Below are positions 48,651 to 57,836 of a stretch of 64,000 nucleotides of DNA, piece after piece. A program made the translations under genes and the position numbers. The first letter of the stretch is position 1, and each line of letters opens with the position of its first letter. The DNA is from an uncultured Gemmatimonadales bacterium (GTDB lineage Bacteria; Gemmatimonadota; Gemmatimonadetes; Gemmatimonadales; GWC2-71-9), in assembly GCA_963695555.1 (NCBI GenBank), contig CAVOGR010000001.1, forward strand, positions 800,001 through 864,000, written 5' to 3'. The notes beneath the pieces are model-generated. The model had not been told where the DNA came from. It saw only the letters and a program-made list of their open reading frames with translations, and ran no database searches.

Positions 48651-49739
48651 GTGGCCGCGAAGGATTATTACCAGGTACTCGGCGTCTCGAGCAGCGCCTC
48701 GCAGGACGAGATCAAGAAGGCCTACCGGCGCCTGGCCAAGCAGTTCCACCCGGACGCGAACCTGGGCAATCCCACGGTGGGCGAGCGCTTCAAGGAGGTA
48801 TCGGAAGCGCACGCGGTTCTGTCCGATCCCGAGAAGCGCAAACAGTACGATCGCATGCGTCGGTTCGGCGCGTTCACCGGGGCCGGCGGCCGGGCCCAGC
48901 CTGGGTTTGGCGGGACTGCGCGAGGCCAGGGGGTCGAGTACGAAGATTTCGACTTTGGTGGCCTGGGCGGCCTCGGGGACATCTTCTCGTCGATCTTCGG
49001 CCGTGGCCGACCCAAGGAACGTCGCGGCGAGAACATCGAGACCGTGCTCGAGGTTCCGTTCCGGGTGGCGGCGCTCGGTGGGAAGATCCCGATTACCCTG
49101 CCGATGACCGAGAATTGCCCCACCTGTGGTGGGAGCGGCGCCGCCCCCGGCAGCAAGGTGAGCACCTGCCAGGAATGCGGCGGCCGCGGAACGGTTTCAT
49201 TCGGTCAGGGTGGCTTTGCCGTGAACCGGCCATGCCCCGCATGCCGGGGACGGGGCAAGCTGCCAGCCCAGCCCTGTCCCAAATGTCAGGGCGCGGGTGA
49301 GACGCGCGTCGAGCGCAAGATCATGATCACCGTGCCGCCCGCCACCGACACCGGAACCAAGGTCCGCCTCAAGGGCCACGGCAACCCGGCGGCGGGCGGA
49401 GGCGGTCAGGCCGGAGACCTCTACGTCACGTTCCAGGTCCAACCGGACCGGTTTTTCCAGCGTGACGGGCTCGATGTGACCTGCGAGATCCCGGTGGACA
49501 TGGTGCAGGCCATCCTCGGCACCAAGCTCCGGGTGCGCACGCTAGCCGGGAAGAAGATCGTGCTCAGGATCCCTCCGGGCACACAACCTGGCCGGAAGTT
49601 CCGGATCAAGGGGATGGGAATCGAGAAGAACGGGCGGAAGGGTGACCAGCTCGTCCAGATTCGGGTCCGGTTGCCGGAGAAGGTCACCGAAGAGCAGGCG
49701 GCGCTGCTACAGCAATTCGAGCAATCACCCGACAGCTGA
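48651..49739 (+). CDS. dnaJ: Chaperone DnaJ
   Basis: J domain with HPD, G/F region, four CxxCxGxG repeats. Confidence 0.95.
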   Translation: MAAKDYYQVLGVSSSASQDEIKKAYRRLAKQFHPDANLGNPTVGERFKEVSEAHAVLSDPEKRKQYDRMRRFGAFTGAGGRAQPGFGGTARGQGVEYEDFDFGGLGGLGDIFSSIFGRGRPKERRGENIETVLEVPFRVAALGGKIPITLPMTENCPTCGGSGAAPGSKVSTCQECGGRGTVSFGQGGFAVNRPCPACRGRGKLPAQPCPKCQGAGETRVERKIMITVPPATDTGTKVRLKGHGNPAAGGGGQAGDLYVTFQVQPDRFFQRDGLDVTCEIPVDMVQAILGTKLRVRTLAGKKIVLRIPPGTQPGRKFRIKGMGIEKNGRKGDQLVQIRVRLPEKVTEEQAALLQQFEQSPDS

Positions 49740-49741
49740 CG

Positions 49742-51877
49742 CTACGCGAAGGGATCTTCCGCCTGCGCCGCGCGGTGCCGTTCCAATAACATCCGGTGGG
49801 TGGCGCGCTCCTCCTCGGGGCGCGGCGGGCGCCGTTGGCGGTAGGTCCCATCGGCCTGAAGATCCCAGGCCTGCCGGTTGTCCTGCAGCATCAGCTCCAA
49901 CAAGTCCCGGACGGCACGACGGTGCTGCGGCGTATCGAGGGGAACCACCGCCTCGATGCGCCGGTCGAGATTGCGCGGCATCCAATCGGCCGACCCGATG
50001 TAGACCTCCTCCCGGCCGGCATTGTGGAAATAGAAGGCGCGGGAGTGCTCGAGGAATCGGCCGAGGATGCTGATGACACGAATCGTGTCACTCACGTCCG
50101 GGATGCCGGGACGCAGACAACAGATGCCCCGAATAATGAGGTCGATCTCGACCCCGGCCCGGGATGCTTCGTACAGGGCGACGATCAACTCGGCGTCCAC
50201 CAACGCGTTCATCTTCGCGATGATCCGCGCCTTGCGTCCGCTCTTCGCATGATGGATCTCCCGACGGATCATGGACACAAACCGCTCCCGCATGCCGCGG
50301 GGCGCCACCAACAGCTTGCGGTAGCTCGTGGGCTGGCCGAACCCGGTCAGGACGTTGAACAGGTCTGTCAGGTCCGCCCCGAGATCGGGGTCGTCGGACA
50401 GGAGTCCGAAGTCGGTATAGAGGCGCGCAGTGCGAGCGTTGTAGTTCCCGGTTCCGATGTGCAAATAACGTTGGATCGTTTGGCCCTCACGCCGCACCAC
50501 CAACAAGATCTTGGTGTGGGTCTTGAGCCCGGCGACGCCATACGACACGTGGACGCCGACGTCCTCCAGCCGTTGCGCCCAGCTGATGTTGTTCTCTTCA
50601 TCGAACCGGGCCTGGAGCTCGATCAGGACCGCGACCTGCTTCCCCTGCTCGGCGGCGTGTGCCAGGAGCCGCGGAATGCCCGAGTCGTTTCCCGTCCGAT
50701 AGAGCGTCAGCTTGATGGCCAACACGTCCGGATCGTCCGCTGCCTGCTGGATGAAGCGCTCGATCGAGCTGGTGAAGCTGTCGTACGGATGGTGCAGGAA
50801 GAGATCGCCGTCTCGAATGATGTCGAAGATGCTGCGGGGGTCGGCGAGTCGGGCCTGGGTTGTCGGGAAATACGGCGGGTCGTGCAACTCCGGAATGCCA
50901 ATCGCTCCCGCCAGTTCCATGAGATCCGCCGCGTCGAGCAGACCCGGCACCTCGTAGATGTCGTCGGTGTTGGGGAGCAGGATGCCGGGGTCCTGCTCCT
51001 CGCTGAACTCACGCAGCAGGAGGGTGCGTAGATTCTGCGGCATGGTCGGCGACACCTCGATCCGAACCACCTCGGCAAAACGCTGATTGCGGACTTCTTC
51101 CTGGATCAAGCTCAGGAGATCCTCCGCCTCATCGTGATCAATTTGCAGATCGGTATTGCGGGTGATCCGGAAGAGGTGCCACGTGAGGATCTCGACACCC
51201 GGGAACAGCGCGGGCAGGTTCTCGCCGATGATGTACTCGAGCGGGATGAAGTCGTGCGGTGTGGTGAGCGGTACCCAGCGTGGCAGGATTTTGGGAACCT
51301 TCACGCGCGCAAAACGTTCCTCGCCGGTCGGTCCCCTGAGCGTGACGGCAATCGACAGGCTCAGGTTGGAGATGTAGGGAAACGGGTGTGCGGGATCGAC
51401 CGCCAACGGGGTCAGCACGGGGAAGACCACCTGCCGGAAATGCTGGTCCACATGAGCGCGCTCGCGGCTCGACAGCTCCGAGAGGTCCGTGATGAGCCGG
51501 ATCCCATGGCTCTCCAACGCCGGCAGGAGGTGGGTGCGCAGATGGCCGAGCTGTTGGCGCTGGAGGTCGTGCACGACGCGGGAAATGGCCTGGAGTTGCT
51601 CGCCCGGCGTCAAGCCATCCGCGGTCCGCTCGGTGTACCCGGCCGCCACCTGTTGCCGCAGGCCTGCCACCCGCACCTGGAAGAACTCGTCCAGGTTGCT
51701 GCTGAAGATGGCGATGAACTTGAGCTGCTCGAGCAGCGGGGTGCGGGGATCCATCGCTTCATGGAGCACGCGACGGTTGAATTCGAGCCAGGACAACTCC
51801 CGATTGGCGAACAGCGTGGGGTCGCGGAGATCGATCTGGCCAACCTCACCCAATGCCTGCGGGCGAACATCGGTCAT
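49742..51877 (-). CDS. ppk1: Polyphosphate kinase 1
   Basis: NRELSWLEFN, SNLDEFFQVRVAG, HHPYDSF, ARFDEENNI, GTGNYN, GRFLEHSR, SADWMPRNLDRR. Confidence 0.97.
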   Translation of the reverse strand: MTDVRPQALGEVGQIDLRDPTLFANRELSWLEFNRRVLHEAMDPRTPLLEQLKFIAIFSSNLDEFFQVRVAGLRQQVAAGYTERTADGLTPGEQLQAISRVVHDLQRQQLGHLRTHLLPALESHGIRLITDLSELSSRERAHVDQHFRQVVFPVLTPLAVDPAHPFPYISNLSLSIAVTLRGPTGEERFARVKVPKILPRWVPLTTPHDFIPLEYIIGENLPALFPGVEILTWHLFRITRNTDLQIDHDEAEDLLSLIQEEVRNQRFAEVVRIEVSPTMPQNLRTLLLREFSEEQDPGILLPNTDDIYEVPGLLDAADLMELAGAIGIPELHDPPYFPTTQARLADPRSIFDIIRDGDLFLHHPYDSFTSSIERFIQQAADDPDVLAIKLTLYRTGNDSGIPRLLAHAAEQGKQVAVLIELQARFDEENNISWAQRLEDVGVHVSYGVAGLKTHTKILLVVRREGQTIQRYLHIGTGNYNARTARLYTDFGLLSDDPDLGADLTDLFNVLTGFGQPTSYRKLLVAPRGMRERFVSMIRREIHHAKSGRKARIIAKMNALVDAELIVALYEASRAGVEIDLIIRGICCLRPGIPDVSDTIRVISILGRFLEHSRAFYFHNAGREEVYIGSADWMPRNLDRRIEAVVPLDTPQHRRAVRDLLELMLQDNRQAWDLQADGTYRQRRPPRPEEERATHRMLLERHRAAQAEDPFA

Positions 51878-51908
51878 CCGGTCAACCCTCCACCATCGGT
51901 CGCGCTCG

Positions 51909-52304
51909 TCATGAGTGCCAGGAGTGGGTCCGCACCGTAACCTTCCGGGGCCCACCCACGAACAGCGACAGCAAGGTGCTCACGAAGGAGATCACCAGCG
52001 CCCCCCAGAAGGCCGCCCAGAAGCCGGCAACGTGGAAGCCCAACCCCAGCTGATCGGAGAGCCACGCCGTCAGCTGAAGCAGCACCGCGTTGATGACGAT
52101 GGTAAACAGTCCTAGCGTCACGAGGACCAAGGGGCAGGTGAGGACGGCCAGCACCGGGCGCAGCAGGCTGTTCACCATGCCGAGCAGGGCCGCCACCGCC
52201 AAGAACCTGAGTGGCCCACGGTCGAAATCGATGCCCGGGAGCAGGCTCACCGCCGCGAAGATCGCGACGGTGTTGACCAGGAGTCGCAGGATGACGCCCC
52301 TCAT
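51909..52304 (-). CDS. YvlD/DUF360 (4-TM 'phage holin' family) membrane protein
   Basis: LGMVNSLLRPVL..LTCPLVLVTLGLF..VINA, GFWAAFWGAL. Confidence 0.85.
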   Translation of the reverse strand: MRGVILRLLVNTVAIFAAVSLLPGIDFDRGPLRFLAVAALLGMVNSLLRPVLAVLTCPLVLVTLGLFTIVINAVLLQLTAWLSDQLGLGFHVAGFWAAFWGALVISFVSTLLSLFVGGPRKVTVRTHSWHS

Positions 52305-52331
52305 GTCCGGGGGCCCTCTGGTACACGTTGC

Positions 52332-53396
52332 TCAGGCAATGATCCCTCCACCAAGGACGCGCCCACCGTCGGCCTCGTCATACAGGACACCGGATTGGCC
52401 CGGCGCTATCGCTCGCGCCGGCGCGCCGAGTGCGAGCGATAGCGAGTGATCCACGCGGGAAAGCACCGTCGCCGGAACCGGACGGGACCGATACCGGATC
52501 TGGACGTGGCACTCCGCTCCGGGCTCGAGCGGCGGCGCGAGCCAGTTGACCTCCTCCAATGTGACGCGCTGTCCCGCCAAATCTTCGGCGCTCCCAATCA
52601 CGACGGCGCGATCCTCCGGCCGGATGGCCACGACGTAGCGTGGCTCCGAGTGCCCTCCGGGCAGCCCGCGTCGCTGGCCGATGGTGTACCGGGCGTACCC
52701 GTCGTGCTGGCCCACCGTCTGCCCCCCGGTCGTCACGAAGGGGCCCGGGGCCAACGCCGGTGCGTCAGCGGGCAGATGTTGCTCCAACACTCGGGCGTAG
52801 TCGCCGTCGGGGACGAAGCAGATCTCGACCGACTCCACCTTATCCGCGGTGCCGAGGCCCAATTTGCGTGCGTAGGCTCGGGTTTCCTCCTTCGTCATCC
52901 GACCGACCGGGGTGCGCATCCTGGGCAGCACCTGGCGATCAATGCCCCAGAGGAAATAGCTCTGATCCTTGTTGGGGTCGTCGCCGCGGTAGAGCGCACC
53001 CCGGTCTGCGACGACGTAGTGCCCGGTGGCGATCGCATCGCATCCCATGGCATCGGCGTGGGCGAGCAAGTCGCGGAACTTCGTGAACGAATTGCACCGC
53101 ACGCAGGGAATCGGAGTCCGGCCGCGGGAATACTCGTCCACGAAATTCTGGATGACGAATTGACTGAACCGATCCTCGAGATTCAGCACGTAATGCGGAA
53201 TGCCGAGCAGGTGCGCGACATCTCGGGCGTCAGTGATCGAATCGAGCGAACAACATGGCCGGTCGGGCACCGTGTCGCCGTAGCAGAACAGCTTCATTGT
53301 GGCGCCGATGACCTCGTGGCCTTCCTCGACCAGCCGGGCGGCGGCAACCGAGCTGTCGACCCCGCCGGACATGGCAACGAGCACGCGCTCAGGCAT
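52332..53396 (-). CDS. mnmA: tRNA 2-thiouridylase MnmA
   Basis: AMSGGVDSS, TPIPCVRCN, ATGHY, KDQSYFL, EICF, TIGQRRGL, IAPGQ. Confidence 0.96.
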   Translation of the reverse strand: MPERVLVAMSGGVDSSVAAARLVEEGHEVIGATMKLFCYGDTVPDRPCCSLDSITDARDVAHLLGIPHYVLNLEDRFSQFVIQNFVDEYSRGRTPIPCVRCNSFTKFRDLLAHADAMGCDAIATGHYVVADRGALYRGDDPNKDQSYFLWGIDRQVLPRMRTPVGRMTKEETRAYARKLGLGTADKVESVEICFVPDGDYARVLEQHLPADAPALAPGPFVTTGGQTVGQHDGYARYTIGQRRGLPGGHSEPRYVVAIRPEDRAVVIGSAEDLAGQRVTLEEVNWLAPPLEPGAECHVQIRYRSRPVPATVLSRVDHSLSLALGAPARAIAPGQSGVLYDEADGGRVLGGGIIA

Positions 53397-54567
53397 GCCC
53401 GAGCACCCCGGCCAAACGCCGGACTTTGCCAACGCACCCGGGAAACACGGCTGCGGCGCGGGCGATATCGTCGTCGGTCGACTCATGGCCAAGACTGAAT
53501 CGGATGGCGGCACGGGCGAGCGGCGTCGGCACGCCCATCGCCGACAACACATGTGACGGCTCCACCGACCCCGTGGTACAGGCCGATCCACTGGACACGG
53601 CGACGCCGGCCAGGTCGAGGTGCATCAGCATCGCCTCGCTGTCGGTGCCCGGGACCGCGACCTGGAGAATGTGCGGTGCACGCGGGCCGGCCTGAGCGAG
53701 GATGACGAGGTCGGGGGTCGACGCCCGGAGGCGCGCTTCGAGCTCATCACGCAGCTTCTCGATGCGGCTCGCCTCGGCGGCCTGTTCCGTCACGGCAAGC
53801 GCGACGGCGCTCCCGAGCCCGACGATGCCGACCACGTTTTCCGTACCCGGTCGGATACCCGACTGCTGACCGCCGCCATGAATCAGGGGGTGAATATCCG
53901 GTTGGCCGCGGACGATCAGCGCGCCTACGCCCTTTGGAGCGCCCAGCTTGTGCCCGGAGAGAGCCAGGAGGATGGAACTGAATCCCGCCAACGCAACCGG
54001 AAGCTTCCCGATGGCTTGGACCGCGTCGGTGTGAAACCAGACATCACGGGCCTGGCAGCGTTGGGCCACCGGCTCGACCGGTTGAATGACGCCCGTCTCG
54101 TTGTTCACCCACATGATGGACATCACGGCCGGGCGCTGCTCGAGGGCCCGGTCGAGCGCGTCGAGATCGACGACGCCGTCGCGGCCGGTTGGCACGAGGT
54201 CACAGGTGCCGCCGAGCCGTTCGACCTCGTGTGCGGCTGCGAGAACGGCCTTGTGCTCGATGGCTGACACCGCAACCCGCATGGCCTTCCCGCGTGCGGC
54301 CGCTGCCTGCGCCGTACCCAGGATTGCCAGATTGTCCGCCTCCGTCCCGCCGGAGGTGAACACCACCTCTCGCGGGTCGGCGCCGAGCGCGTCGGCTACC
54401 TGGCGCCGGGCCCGCTCGACCCCCGCGCGGGCCTGCCGCCCGAAGCGGTGGGCGCTCGAGGGATTGCCGAAGGCCTCGCGGCCGAGGTAGGGCAGCATGG
54501 CCTCGAGCACCTCGGGCCGGACCGGCGTTGTGGCGGCGTGATCGAGGTAAACGGGTGTCTCAGGCAT
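53389..54567 (-). CDS. iscS: Cysteine desulfurase (IscS/NifS type)
   Basis: YLDHAATTP, GNPSS, SGGTEADN, HTDAVQ, SGHK, SSGSAC; overlaps mnmA start. Confidence 0.92.
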   Translation of the reverse strand: MPETPVYLDHAATTPVRPEVLEAMLPYLGREAFGNPSSAHRFGRQARAGVERARRQVADALGADPREVVFTSGGTEADNLAILGTAQAAAARGKAMRVAVSAIEHKAVLAAAHEVERLGGTCDLVPTGRDGVVDLDALDRALEQRPAVMSIMWVNNETGVIQPVEPVAQRCQARDVWFHTDAVQAIGKLPVALAGFSSILLALSGHKLGAPKGVGALIVRGQPDIHPLIHGGGQQSGIRPGTENVVGIVGLGSAVALAVTEQAAEASRIEKLRDELEARLRASTPDLVILAQAGPRAPHILQVAVPGTDSEAMLMHLDLAGVAVSSGSACTTGSVEPSHVLSAMGVPTPLARAAIRFSLGHESTDDDIARAAAVFPGCVGKVRRLAGVLGHA

Positions 54568-54595
54568 AACAAAGAAAGATAACCCGCGTGCGGCG

Positions 54596-55333
54596 TTACA
54601 TGCTCTGCACGTCGAGCCGCACCACGTCGTCGACCGCCATGGTCTCGTCGGTCACGAAGGGTTCGCCGTAGCGAGTCCGAATGAGGGACCCGTAGTGCTC
54701 GTTTTGGGTCTCGATGAGGGAGTAGAGATCCTGCCCGGTGGGGAAGATCTCGCCCGCCGCGACGGCGCCGTCGAACTGGCTCGCGTAGCAGCGGATGGCG
54801 GCCATCTTGCGCTCGAACTGGTCGGTGATGTCCACCACGAAGGTGGGCTTTACAGGGTCCTCGCGGTAGGCGAGGGCGTACAGGATCTTGAACGGCCGAT
54901 GCGGCGTGCCCGTGGCATCGTAGCGGCTGAGCCCGGCTAAGTAGCAGGCGTCGCGCCCGAGTTCGGACGCCACGCGGTGGTCGGGATGCCGCCCGACCGG
55001 ATAGGGGAGAATGACCACCCGTGGGGCGAAGTGACGGATGGCCTCGACCACGATGCGCCGGGATTCCTCCGTGTTGTGAAGGCCCGCATCCGGAAGCCCG
55101 GCATTGCGGCGCTCGGTCAGCCCGAGAATGGTGGTGGCGCGGTCGGCCTCTTGGCCGCGGATGGCGGCGGTGCCGCTGGTTCCCGTCTCTCCCGCCGTGA
55201 GGTCCAGGATGCCGGTGCAATACCCCTGGTCGGCCGCGCGCAGCAGGGTGCCGGCGCAGGTCAGCTCGACGTCGTCCCGGTGCGCGGCGATCGCGAGAAT
55301 GTCGACAGGCATGGCGTTCTGGTCCTCACTCAT
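54596..55333 (-). CDS. bshB1: Bacillithiol biosynthesis deacetylase BshB1 (PIG-L family)
   Basis: AHRDDVELTCAG, DLTAGETGT.G, RHPDH, ACYLAGL, YASQF, YGEPF. Confidence 0.85.
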   Translation of the reverse strand: MSEDQNAMPVDILAIAAHRDDVELTCAGTLLRAADQGYCTGILDLTAGETGTSGTAAIRGQEADRATTILGLTERRNAGLPDAGLHNTEESRRIVVEAIRHFAPRVVILPYPVGRHPDHRVASELGRDACYLAGLSRYDATGTPHRPFKILYALAYREDPVKPTFVVDITDQFERKMAAIRCYASQFDGAVAAGEIFPTGQDLYSLIETQNEHYGSLIRTRYGEPFVTDETMAVDDVVRLDVQSM

Positions 55334-56564
55334 GACGTAGAGCCTCCACCGGATCCATTCGTGCGGCACGGTTTGCCGGGTACATGCCGAAGATCAACCC
55401 GATGGCGACGCTCACACCCGTCGCGAGCACGGCGCTCCAGAGTGGGACTTCCGCCGAAATCCCGAGCGTGTGCTTGAGCAGGGCCCCGGCCGAAAGGCCG
55501 AGGGCGATGCCGAGCAGCCCACCGACCAAGGTCAAGGTGGCCGCCTCGACCAGGAATTGCCACAAGATCTCCCGGCGGGTCGCGCCAACCGCCTTGCGGA
55601 TTCCGATTTCTCGGGTCCGGTCCGTCACGGACACCATCATGATGGCCATGACCCCGATGCCGCCCACCATGAGGGCCACGCTGGAGAGGGCGACCATAAT
55701 GAGGAAGAACACCGAGGTGAGGTCGTTGACCATTTCCAGGATCTGGTCCTGCGAGATGAGGTCGAAGGTGTTGGGGATGCCCGGCCGGAGCTGTCGCGCG
55801 CGGCGGAGCGCCACCGTCACCAGATCCTGCGCGCGGTCGGCCGGCACTCCCGGTTTCGGCCTGACGGCGATGAAGAGGGCGTTGGTCTCGTCGTAGCGGA
55901 ATTTGGCGCGCCCCGTTTCGTACGGGATGATCCCGGCGGTCTCCTGGCTGGGAGGCTCGAAGATATTCTCCGGCTTCTGGTACACCCCGATCACGGTCAG
56001 CGCCTTGCCACCGATCCGGATGACCTCGCCGAGCGGGTCGCGGCTGCCGAACAGCCGCTCGGCGGCCAGCGTCTCGAGTACCACCACGTCGCGCCCCGCC
56101 AACTCGGCGCGCGAGAAGAACCGGCCGCTGAGGAGCGTGCCGCCCTGGATGTCCATGTAGCGGTCGTCCGCGGCGAATATGGTCATGGTCTGGGTCCTGA
56201 CCCCGCGGTACTCCAGCCGTTCGAACAGCTGAATCCAGAGGCCGGCATACCCGATCTCGGACACCCGCTTGACGGCGTCGAGATCGTCGCGGTCGAGCAC
56301 CGGACGGATGCGGACCTCGTAGGGCAGGTTGTCGGGGTTGAGCGGTGTCTGGGAGAAGTACCGCACGACATAGAAAGTCGTGGGACCTGCCACTTCGATG
56401 GTATTGAAGATCTGCGACCGCACGCCTTGGACGATCGACGCCATGGCCATCACGGTGGTGACCCCGATCACGACACCGAGGATGGTCAGCGCGGAGCGGA
56501 GCTTGTTGGTGCGGAGGGCGTCCAGCGCGAGGCGGACGCCTTCGTCGAGGTTATGGAAGATCAT
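55326..56564 (-). CDS. ABC transporter permease (MacB/FtsX type) 4
   Basis: LRSALTILGVVIG, GGIGVMAIMMVSVTDRTREIGIRKAVGA, PANRAARMDPVEALRHE. Confidence 0.93.
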   Translation of the reverse strand: MIFHNLDEGVRLALDALRTNKLRSALTILGVVIGVTTVMAMASIVQGVRSQIFNTIEVAGPTTFYVVRYFSQTPLNPDNLPYEVRIRPVLDRDDLDAVKRVSEIGYAGLWIQLFERLEYRGVRTQTMTIFAADDRYMDIQGGTLLSGRFFSRAELAGRDVVVLETLAAERLFGSRDPLGEVIRIGGKALTVIGVYQKPENIFEPPSQETAGIIPYETGRAKFRYDETNALFIAVRPKPGVPADRAQDLVTVALRRARQLRPGIPNTFDLISQDQILEMVNDLTSVFFLIMVALSSVALMVGGIGVMAIMMVSVTDRTREIGIRKAVGATRREILWQFLVEAATLTLVGGLLGIALGLSAGALLKHTLGISAEVPLWSAVLATGVSVAIGLIFGMYPANRAARMDPVEALRHE

Positions 56565-56567
56565 GGC

Positions 56568-57812
56568 CTATTCCCGCCGCAACGCCGTGATCGGGTCGAG
56601 TCGGGCGGCGCGGGTTGCGGGGTACACACCGAACAGGATGCCGGTTGCCGCACCGAGGCTGAGCGCCACCGCTACCGACCAGAGCGTGATCCTGGCCGGC
56701 AGGGGACTGACGGTGGACACCACGGTGGCGAGCCCCCAGCCGGCCATCACCCCGAGCGCGCCGCCGAGTGTCGACAGGGTGATGGCCTCGACCAGAAACT
56801 GGCGCCGGATGTCGGCCCGGGTGGCGCCGAGCGACTTGCGGATGCCGATCTCCCGGGTCCGTTCGTTGACGCTCATCAACATGATGTTCATGATGACGAT
56901 CCCGCCCACGACGATGCCGATGGCGACGACCGCCGGGATGACGGTGAACAGCACGCGCGTCAGGTTCCGCCAAAACTCGACCAGCGCGTCGGCCTTGTCC
57001 ACCGTGAAGTCGTTGTCCTCACCTGGTCTGAGCCGGTGGGCCAGACGCATCGCCTCCTCGGCCCGGGCCATGGCGGGCTCCACCGCCTCGGCATCGGCCA
57101 TCTTGACCGAGATCACCGTGGTCTTCCGCCGGCCGTAGATCGACTCGAAGGTCGACAGCGGCAAGAGGACGAACCCGTCGAACGACTGACCCAGCACCCG
57201 TCCCTTCTTGGCGATCACGCCCTTGACCGTCACCTCCCGGCCGGCCACGCGCACCTTCCGGCCGATGGCCATGGCCGGATCGCCAAACAGCTTGTCCGCC
57301 ACGTCGTGCCCCAGGGCGCAGACGTAGCGTCGTTCGCTGATGTCGGGGTCGGTGAGCGGCGTGCCGGCGGCGAACACGTAATCCTGCACGATCTGATACG
57401 GCGGGGTCACCCCAAACACCAGCACATCGCCGACGGTTTGGTTGCGATACCGCACATCGCTTGCCGGCGTCGGCCATCCGGACTGCAGCGCCACCGCGCG
57501 CGCCTCCGGGAGTGCCCGGCCGACGGCGACGGCATCGCGTTGGGTAATGCGGGGGCGGCGCTGGATGGCTCGCACCTGGTCGTCGTCGAGCAGCCCGACC
57601 GTGATGGGGGTGCGGCGCACCTGGAACGCATTCGTGCCGATCACGGCGCCGGCGATGTTTTCCTTGACGTACGCGTTCATGCCCTGGATGATGGCGACCA
57701 CGGCCACCAGGAACCCGACGGACACGATGATCCCGAGCAGGGTGAAGAATGAGCGGAGCTTATTGCTCAGGATGACTTGGAAGGCGAGGCGCCAGGCTTC
57801 GAAGAAGGGCAT
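56568..57812 (-). CDS. ABC transporter permease (MacB/FtsX type) 3
   Basis: LRSFFTLLGII, GGIVIMNIMLMSVNERTREIG, AARLDPITALRRE. Confidence 0.93.
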   Translation of the reverse strand: MPFFEAWRLAFQVILSNKLRSFFTLLGIIVSVGFLVAVVAIIQGMNAYVKENIAGAVIGTNAFQVRRTPITVGLLDDDQVRAIQRRPRITQRDAVAVGRALPEARAVALQSGWPTPASDVRYRNQTVGDVLVFGVTPPYQIVQDYVFAAGTPLTDPDISERRYVCALGHDVADKLFGDPAMAIGRKVRVAGREVTVKGVIAKKGRVLGQSFDGFVLLPLSTFESIYGRRKTTVISVKMADAEAVEPAMARAEEAMRLAHRLRPGEDNDFTVDKADALVEFWRNLTRVLFTVIPAVVAIGIVVGGIVIMNIMLMSVNERTREIGIRKSLGATRADIRRQFLVEAITLSTLGGALGVMAGWGLATVVSTVSPLPARITLWSVAVALSLGAATGILFGVYPATRAARLDPITALRRE

Positions 57813-57836
57813 GAGATGGTGAAGCTTGGCGCCGGC

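Noticed and set aside
47983..49739. grpE-dnaJ without dnaK as a novel chaperone system
   Set aside because: Split dnaK loci are common; dnaK is probably elsewhere and this cannot be judged from the window
51909..52304. Prophage, based on the holin-family gene
   Set aside because: The YvlD/DUF360 family is commonly chromosomal; neighbours are mnmA and ppk1, with no phage genes
55470..57752. Long antisense ORFs (for example the 760-aa + ORF here, 33056-34318 -, 10858-12144 -)
   Set aside because: Shadow frames opposite well-supported genes, expected in high-GC DNA; no recognisable motifs
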